From NCBI GenBank assembly GCA_016190755.1, contig JACPPY010000053.1, positions 10,531-74,530 of the forward strand: a DNA stretch of 64,000 nucleotides. Reading direction: 5' to 3'. Source of the stretch: Chloroflexota bacterium (GTDB lineage: Bacteria; Chloroflexota; Dehalococcoidia; JACPPY01). The position numbers were made by a program, and so were the translations under genes. Under the pieces are notes generated by a model. It ran no database searches, was not told the DNA's origin, and saw nothing but the letters and a program-made list of their open reading frames with translations. Of the stretch, positions 59,011-64,000 are shown in pieces (the first letter of the stretch is position 1; each line of letters opens with the position of its first letter).

Positions 59011-60018
59011 TCAAGCGGCAGACGAGGCCAGTTTTGCCCGGACCGCCGCGAACTCTGCCTTCATCGCGCCTACCAGATCGCGCTCGTATGCAGTCTTTGC
59101 CTGCTCGATAGTATGTGCGACATCCTGCCACATGCTGCGCCCGTGGCCCACACAGGATATCCCGTTGACAGCCAGGAGAGGCCCCCCACCACGGACGTCG
59201 GAGATGTTGGTGGCCACAAGCAGGTCGTTCACCATCTTCTTGAGCTCGGTGTCTGAGATCTTGTTCTTAAGCCGTTCCTCCAGCCACTTGCACAGGACCT
59301 TGCCGAGGTTTTCGGTGTACTTGACTACTATGTTGCCAACGAAGCCGTCGCAGACGATGATGTTCGCCTTGCCCAAAGGCAGGTCATATCCCTCGACATT
59401 GCCGATGAAGTTCAACCCGCTCTTCTTGAGCAGAGCATGGGCGCTGTTTACTGCCTCGTTCCCTTTGCCTTCCTCCGCACCTATGCTCAACAGAGCTACA
59501 GTCGGATTGGGTATGTTCATCATTTTCCTGGCGAACACTGTGCCGACCACGGCGAAGTCCAGCAGCATCTCCGGCTTGCAGTCAACATTCCCCCCGAGGT
59601 CCATGACCATGGTGTTGGGCGCAAACCCCAGGAACGGCCCGCCGACGACCGGACGGGACACGCCTTCGATCGTCCCGAGCACCTGTAGTGCGGATGCCAC
59701 TACCCCTCCAGTAGGCCCTACACCTATTACGGCGTCCGCCTTGCCTTCCTTGACCAGCTTGGTGGCTACCAGTATCGAAGCATTTCTCTTCTTGCGCAAC
59801 GTGTACGCAGGATGCTCACCCTCAAGAAGATATTCATCAGTATGGACAATGCTTATCCTGTCCCCAGCGCCGCCGTTCTTGGATAGCTCCTTCTTGATCA
59901 GGTCCTGCGGCCCGACCAGTATTATGTCCACGCCATAGTCTCGTGCGCCAGCGACCGACCCTTTTACAATTTCCGCCGGGGCGAAGTCACCGCCCATTGC
60001 ATCAATAGCTATTCGCAT
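59011..60018 (-). CDS. plsX: phosphate acyltransferase PlsX
   Basis: 335 aa. MRIAIDAMGGDFAP .. GFVGNI. Confidence 0.9.
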   Translation of the reverse strand: MRIAIDAMGGDFAPAEIVKGSVAGARDYGVDIILVGPQDLIKKELSKNGGAGDRISIVHTDEYLLEGEHPAYTLRKKRNASILVATKLVKEGKADAVIGVGPTGGVVASALQVLGTIEGVSRPVVGGPFLGFAPNTMVMDLGGNVDCKPEMLLDFAVVGTVFARKMMNIPNPTVALLSIGAEEGKGNEAVNSAHALLKKSGLNFIGNVEGYDLPLGKANIIVCDGFVGNIVVKYTENLGKVLCKWLEERLKNKISDTELKKMVNDLLVATNISDVRGGGPLLAVNGISCVGHGRSMWQDVAHTIEQAKTAYERDLVGAMKAEFAAVRAKLASSAA

Positions 60019-60143
60019 CCGTCCTCCTCACTCTTGTTAATAGTGTATTTCATGATGCACTAACTGTCCTCAGGCTGCTGATTCTAGCGGGGAAACTATA
60101 GCATATACCTGCGACATCTCTCCCCCATGACATCCTGACCATT

Positions 60144-61211
60144 CTACCAGGAATGGCTCAATGCGCCCTTGCCGCACACGCTATGGCAATTGCTTGCGTG
60201 ACTGTGGCTGCACGATGTGAAACCCGGGCACACCAGCGCCAGCTTCTTGCGACAGGAGTCCTTTACTGCCGCTTTCGACTCGCTGGACCCATTTCCGACC
60301 AACTCGAACACATGCGCCGGGCATGATATGACACATTTCCCGCAGCCATCGCATGCGCCGTTGTCCACGGTAATGAAATAATCGCCTGTGCCATCACTGT
60401 AACCGTACTGCGCCCTGGACATCTCGCTGGATTTCTCTCCCAGGCATCTGTCCCTGGCGAACAACGCTGCGCCTATCGCTCCGGCGAGCTGCGGGTCCTC
60501 ACACAACAGCGGTTTCAGCCCTACCTTCCCTGTTATCTTCGCCACCATGCCCCTGTTCTTGGCGATTCCTCCGCTTATGCTGAAATCAGCCTCTATCTTG
60601 ACCCGTTTGAGCAGGTTGAAGCAGCGTGTGGATATGGCATCATTTAGTCCGGCGAGTATGTCCTTCTTGGCTACTCCTTTCCTGAGATACGCGATGGCCT
60701 CGGACTTGGCAAATACCGCACAAATGGTATTGAACGGGATAGCGCCGTTGGACTGCAATGCCAGATCGCCTATTCCCGTCAGCGGCACATTAAGCACCTC
60801 GGCGATCATCTCCAAGAACCTACCGGTGCCACCGGCGCACTTGTCGTTCATTACGAAGTTCGTTACGCGTCCCCGGTCATCCACCTTGATGGCTTTGCAG
60901 TCTTGCCCTCCCATATCGAGGATGGTCCTGACCGAAGGGAAATACCAGTTTATACCACGAGCATGGCAGCTTATCTCGGACACGTTCTCACGGGCAAATG
61001 GGACCAGCACCCGGCCGTATCCCGTGGCCACAGTGTAATCAACGTCTTTTAAGGTCAAGCCAGTGCCCCTCAAAGTCGCATCCATGGTTGCAAAAGAGGT
61101 CTTAACGCTTTCAGGGCCGGTATCGCCAATATGAGTCGAGAGCAGAGCGCCGTCTTTGATGACCACTGCCTTGGACGCCCGAGACCCTATATCTATGCCA
61201 GCGACTATCAT
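60144..61211 (-). CDS. BcrAD/BadFG/HgdC-type activator ATPase fused to a C-terminal ferredoxin-like Cys/His-rich domain
   Basis: 355 aa. ASKHA-fold ATPase (VAGIDIGSRASK, DMGGQDCK). The two cluster-bridging Cys are at C125 (NDKCAGGTG) and C164 (NTICAVFAKSE). The tail has CDGCGKCVISCP (CxxCxxCxxxCP) plus CRKKLALVCPGFTSCSHSHASNCHSVCGKG. Confidence 0.8.
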   Translation of the reverse strand: MIVAGIDIGSRASKAVVIKDGALLSTHIGDTGPESVKTSFATMDATLRGTGLTLKDVDYTVATGYGRVLVPFARENVSEISCHARGINWYFPSVRTILDMGGQDCKAIKVDDRGRVTNFVMNDKCAGGTGRFLEMIAEVLNVPLTGIGDLALQSNGAIPFNTICAVFAKSEAIAYLRKGVAKKDILAGLNDAISTRCFNLLKRVKIEADFSISGGIAKNRGMVAKITGKVGLKPLLCEDPQLAGAIGAALFARDRCLGEKSSEMSRAQYGYSDGTGDYFITVDNGACDGCGKCVISCPAHVFELVGNGSSESKAAVKDSCRKKLALVCPGFTSCSHSHASNCHSVCGKGALSHSW

Positions 61212-63293
61212 CTAATCGCTCCCTGTGCCTTCACTGGCTGCGAGGGCTGCACCCAACGCCGCTACAGTCTGCGGCGACTCAGGCACCAATACCTTGATGC
61301 TCAGCTCTTCCTCCAGTATCGCCACAAGCCCGGCGTTCAGTGCCACACCACCAACGACGAGAACATCTTTTTCTATGCCGACCCTTTTGCACAACGAAGC
61401 CAACCTGCCAGCCACAGCATAGTGTATCCCGGCTGCTATGTCGGCCTTGGGGGTTGGCGGATCACGATGCACATGTGATATGACCTCGGACTCCGCGAAT
61501 ACGGCACACGTGCCGCTGATATCCGCCCGTCCTTGCGCCTGCAACGACAGGCTGGACACCTCGGGCAAAGTCATAGCCATGAGCCTGGCCATCTGCTGCA
61601 AGAACAGGCCTGTCCCTGCGGCGCATTTATCATGGTTGATGGAATCCGTCAGGTGGCCGCCTTCATCCACCTTGACCACGGTGCAGCTCTCACCACCGAT
61701 GTCTATCACCGTTCGCACGGAATGGTACAGATAATGTGCTCCCATGGCCAGACATGTGGCGGCAGTTTTGTGCCCCTTGCTAAACGACAGCCCTTTGCCA
61801 CCAACGCCGGTCGAGACCACGCACAGGTCCGGGTTGGACCTTATTCCAGCCCGCTCCAGCGCTTCCTTTATTGCGGCTTTCGCGCCAGCCTCAGCATCAT
61901 CAGCAGAAGCTATGATGGATGTCCCAAGGACACGATCGCCGTTGATGATAACGGCCTTCGTCGTCACGCTCCCGATATCCACACCAGCGACTAAAACATG
62001 CGTGCCGGCGGTCGCCTTTACGTGCGGCTTGCTCAATTGCTCGAAGAAGCGCTCCAGCGCCTCTCTAATCTCTTCTTCGCTGTTTATCGTAGGGTCGACG
62101 AGGTCACAGTCTATCGTGACCATAGGCACATTTATCTCAGCCAGAGTATCCTTGAAAAGCTTTATCGTGGCGCACGTGTGACGGCACCCCATGAAAGCCC
62201 AGTACACCGCGCCATCCACCTTGTACTGTTTGGCATGATCAGCCGTCTCCTTAAGCACCTTGTCCGTCAGCGGGCCGTACATTGTCCGTCTTTCAGGTAT
62301 CAGGTCCGCCTTCCTGGCCACGCTCTCCAGCGGTCGAGATGGGTCCAGCCTATCGTTGTTCCAGTAAGTGAACAACGGCTCAACAGTGCTGACTGCGCCG
62401 TGCTCCTGGTATAGGCGTTCCAAGAACCCGATCATGTGCATGGGCGGTACGAAGAGCGTCATGAGCCGGTGCTTCTCCTCCTTGACCGCACCCTTGCCCT
62501 GTTTCACCATATCGCTCAGTTCCTTGTGTACTGCCTCCAGGTATTCAACAGCCTCCGGCTGTCCCGGGAAAAGGTAGTCAACGGACAGCAGCTCCAGAAA
62601 ACCAAGAGCATGGAACGGTGAAGGTATTGCCTTGCGAAGCTCGCATATTTCATGCAGGAGCTCTATTTCCCTGTTGGTCCGCACTATGGACTCGGAGAGC
62701 TTGTCCCAGTTCATCTTGTGCCCGGACCTCTCCTCCAGGAAGCGCACCAGCTCTTGCAGCTCGGAGACGAAATACTTTATCTCCAGCTTACTGTCCTGGA
62801 ACGGGTGGTCGAGGAAGAACCCCGGGCGACGGTTTATTTCGGCGATCAACTCGCCGCTCTTGGCCGTATTGTCGCAGATGAGATTCGACCAGAGCACTAC
62901 ATCGGGTCTGGGTAAGGCGTTGATCTTGAACGCGCCCGCCAAGCCCCTGTGCGGCGAACATATCTCCGGGGCCAGGCCCAACTCCGCACCCGCCGCCAGC
63001 ACCTCTGATTGGGCCCCCAGGAATTCCGCCGCGAGCCATGTGGTCAGCTCAGTGTGCATCGGGATTATGTCCATCGCGTAAAGGACTTCGGTCGGGAAGA
63101 ACACCGTATGCGAAGCGAGGAAGCCGCCTTCCTCGCGGGCTCGAAGCACCCTGCTGTAATACTTCTCCAGCAGTTGGTAATACTTTATGTCGCTCTGGCG
63201 CGCCAGCGGATTAAGCCGGCTCATCCTGCCTATAAGCCGGCATGCTTTGACCAGAGATTCCACCCGGCTGCCCTGTCGTTCTGTGCTGATCAC
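61212..63293 (-). CDS. fusion of a 2-hydroxyacyl-CoA dehydratase/BcrB-BcrC-family subunit (N-terminal ~430 aa) with a BcrAD/HgdC-type ATPase (C-terminal ~260 aa)
   Basis: 693 aa with a GTG start. The N-terminal part has HGD-D-like features (FFPTEVLYAMDIIP, ICSPHRG, LICDN, FMGCRHTC, TIDCDLVD). The C-terminal part has VAGVDIGSVTTK, DIGGESC, HDKCAAGTG, GTCAVFAESE. Confidence 0.75.
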   Translation of the reverse strand: MISTERQGSRVESLVKACRLIGRMSRLNPLARQSDIKYYQLLEKYYSRVLRAREEGGFLASHTVFFPTEVLYAMDIIPMHTELTTWLAAEFLGAQSEVLAAGAELGLAPEICSPHRGLAGAFKINALPRPDVVLWSNLICDNTAKSGELIAEINRRPGFFLDHPFQDSKLEIKYFVSELQELVRFLEERSGHKMNWDKLSESIVRTNREIELLHEICELRKAIPSPFHALGFLELLSVDYLFPGQPEAVEYLEAVHKELSDMVKQGKGAVKEEKHRLMTLFVPPMHMIGFLERLYQEHGAVSTVEPLFTYWNNDRLDPSRPLESVARKADLIPERRTMYGPLTDKVLKETADHAKQYKVDGAVYWAFMGCRHTCATIKLFKDTLAEINVPMVTIDCDLVDPTINSEEEIREALERFFEQLSKPHVKATAGTHVLVAGVDIGSVTTKAVIINGDRVLGTSIIASADDAEAGAKAAIKEALERAGIRSNPDLCVVSTGVGGKGLSFSKGHKTAATCLAMGAHYLYHSVRTVIDIGGESCTVVKVDEGGHLTDSINHDKCAAGTGLFLQQMARLMAMTLPEVSSLSLQAQGRADISGTCAVFAESEVISHVHRDPPTPKADIAAGIHYAVAGRLASLCKRVGIEKDVLVVGGVALNAGLVAILEEELSIKVLVPESPQTVAALGAALAASEGTGSD

Positions 63294-64000
63294 GACTTCT
63301 TCGCCTCTATCATTTCCAAAAATGCCTGGACCCTGGTACGGATCTGTCCCGAGCCTGAGGTCGCATACTCGACGTCCAGCGAAAGCAGCGGTATATCGCG
63401 AGCTTTCAGCCGTTCGGACAGTAAAGGCAGATCATGGGCGTACGGCACACAATACCGTATTATCTGGCTGATAACACCATCCACCCGGAAATCGCGGGCA
63501 AGCCCAAGTATACGGTTAAACCGTTCTTCCGAGGGGAACATGCGGGCACAGGGGAAGTTGCTGAGATAGCGCCTGGAGATGGCCTCCAACGGCGTCCTGC
63601 TGCCATCCAGGACCACCGGGTCAGACCAGTACCTCGTGCTCGTACACAGCTCGTCGGTCACAACCAATGCGCCGAGCTCTTCAATGGACTTAATGAACTC
63701 GGGGTTGTTCATAACGCTGCCGGCAACCATGAGCCTCCATTTGCCCTTCAACTTCCGGCCGGAGGCATCAAGTTCATCCAGTAGCCGCCGAAGTTCTTCG
63801 TTGAACCGTTCCTTTGACATGCGGAAGCTGCTGTCAAGGATCTCCAGGGTCTCTGCTCCACTCACAGGAGGGTTGTCCAGTTTCCGCATCTCATATAAAC
63901 GGGCGAGCAACCGGCGGGACTCGTTGAATACCTCGATGGAATGCAGCAACTGCTCGTCACTTATTCTTACCCCGAGGTGTTGCTCCAGGTGCTGTTTGAA
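63290..64000 (-). CDS. 2-hydroxyacyl-CoA dehydratase/BcrB-BcrC-family subunit (N-terminus beyond window edge)
   Basis: The frame is open from 64000 down to the stop at 63290; the ORF track lists only the part from an internal TTG at 63949. ELCTSTRY, FPCARMF, IIRYCVPYAHD, LSLDVEY are typical of the C-terminal half of HGD-D family subunits. The stop overlaps the next gene's GTG (GTGA). Confidence 0.7.
   Translation of the reverse strand, partial: FKQHLEQHLGVRISDEQLLHSIEVFNESRRLLARLYEMRKLDNPPVSGAETLEILDSSFRMSKERFNEELRRLLDELDASGRKLKGKWRLMVAGSVMNNPEFIKSIEELGALVVTDELCTSTRYWSDPVVLDGSRTPLEAISRRYLSNFPCARMFPSEERFNRILGLARDFRVDGVISQIIRYCVPYAHDLPLLSERLKARDIPLLSLDVEYATSGSGQIRTRVQAFLEMIEAKKS

Noticed and set aside
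60019-60143. A possible FapR-type operator (TTAGTGCATCATGAAATACACTATTAA, minus strand) upstream of plsX.
   Set aside because: Only 5-bp arms (TAGTG/CACTA) pair, and the spacing differs from the 17-bp FapR box I recall. No fapR gene is present in the cluster.
1-64000. CRISPR arrays, rRNA genes, prophage or integrase modules, toxin-antitoxin pairs and recognisable defence islands.
   Set aside because: None was seen. There are no regularly spaced direct repeats, no 16S/23S/5S signatures, no integrase next to tRNA-Ser, and no paired small ORFs with TA-like features.

Overview
This is a 64-kb bacterial chromosomal window, mostly core genome. All calls come from reading the translations and the DNA by eye; no searches were run.

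Left third:
- A minus-strand regulation/efflux unit: OmpR-type regulator, histidine kinase, an unusually long HlyD/MacA adaptor and a MacB-like ATPase cut by the window edge.
- A crotonase, an MFS transporter and two small membrane proteins.
- rpmB, a FakA-like DAK2 protein with a DegV partner, and recG.

Accessory patch (13.2-19.6 kb):
- An IS1595-family transposase and an A+T-richer passenger gene, enclosed together by 21-bp inverted repeats.
- A Lon-like AAA+ protease, a DLH hydrolase, a Cys-rich protein and cutA.

Middle:
- argS, with a 105-bp MITE-like insert upstream.
- An OsmC-DUF59 fusion, two small proteins, tRNA-Ser(GCU), miaB and nadABC.
- A NiCoT metal importer with a structured leader.
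- A GAF-GGDEF cyclase coupled to an MBL hydrolase.

Right half (all minus strand):
- The full rpsL-rpsG-fusA / S10 / spc / alpha / truA-rplM-rpsI ribosomal super-cluster. There is no tuf between fusA and rpsJ.
- Two genes in that cluster fall below the ORF-track cutoff: rpmJ, and a 31-codon bS22-like ORF between rplW and rplB.
- An orphan multi-PAS/GAF kinase.
- A plsX-acpP-fabL-fabF-fabG-degV lipid cluster whose degV carries one in-frame TAG.
- At the right edge, a three-gene benzoyl-CoA-reductase / 2-hydroxyacyl-CoA-dehydratase-like cluster with unusual fusions: a dehydratase-like subunit fused to an activator ATPase, and a second ATPase fused to a ferredoxin-like Cys-rich tail.

The right-edge cluster is my best candidate for an undescribed system, but it is truncated by the window. 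No rRNA, CRISPR array, prophage or recognisable defence island was seen. Gene order and the bS22-like ORF hint at a Chloroflexota/Actinomycetota-like lineage, at low confidence.
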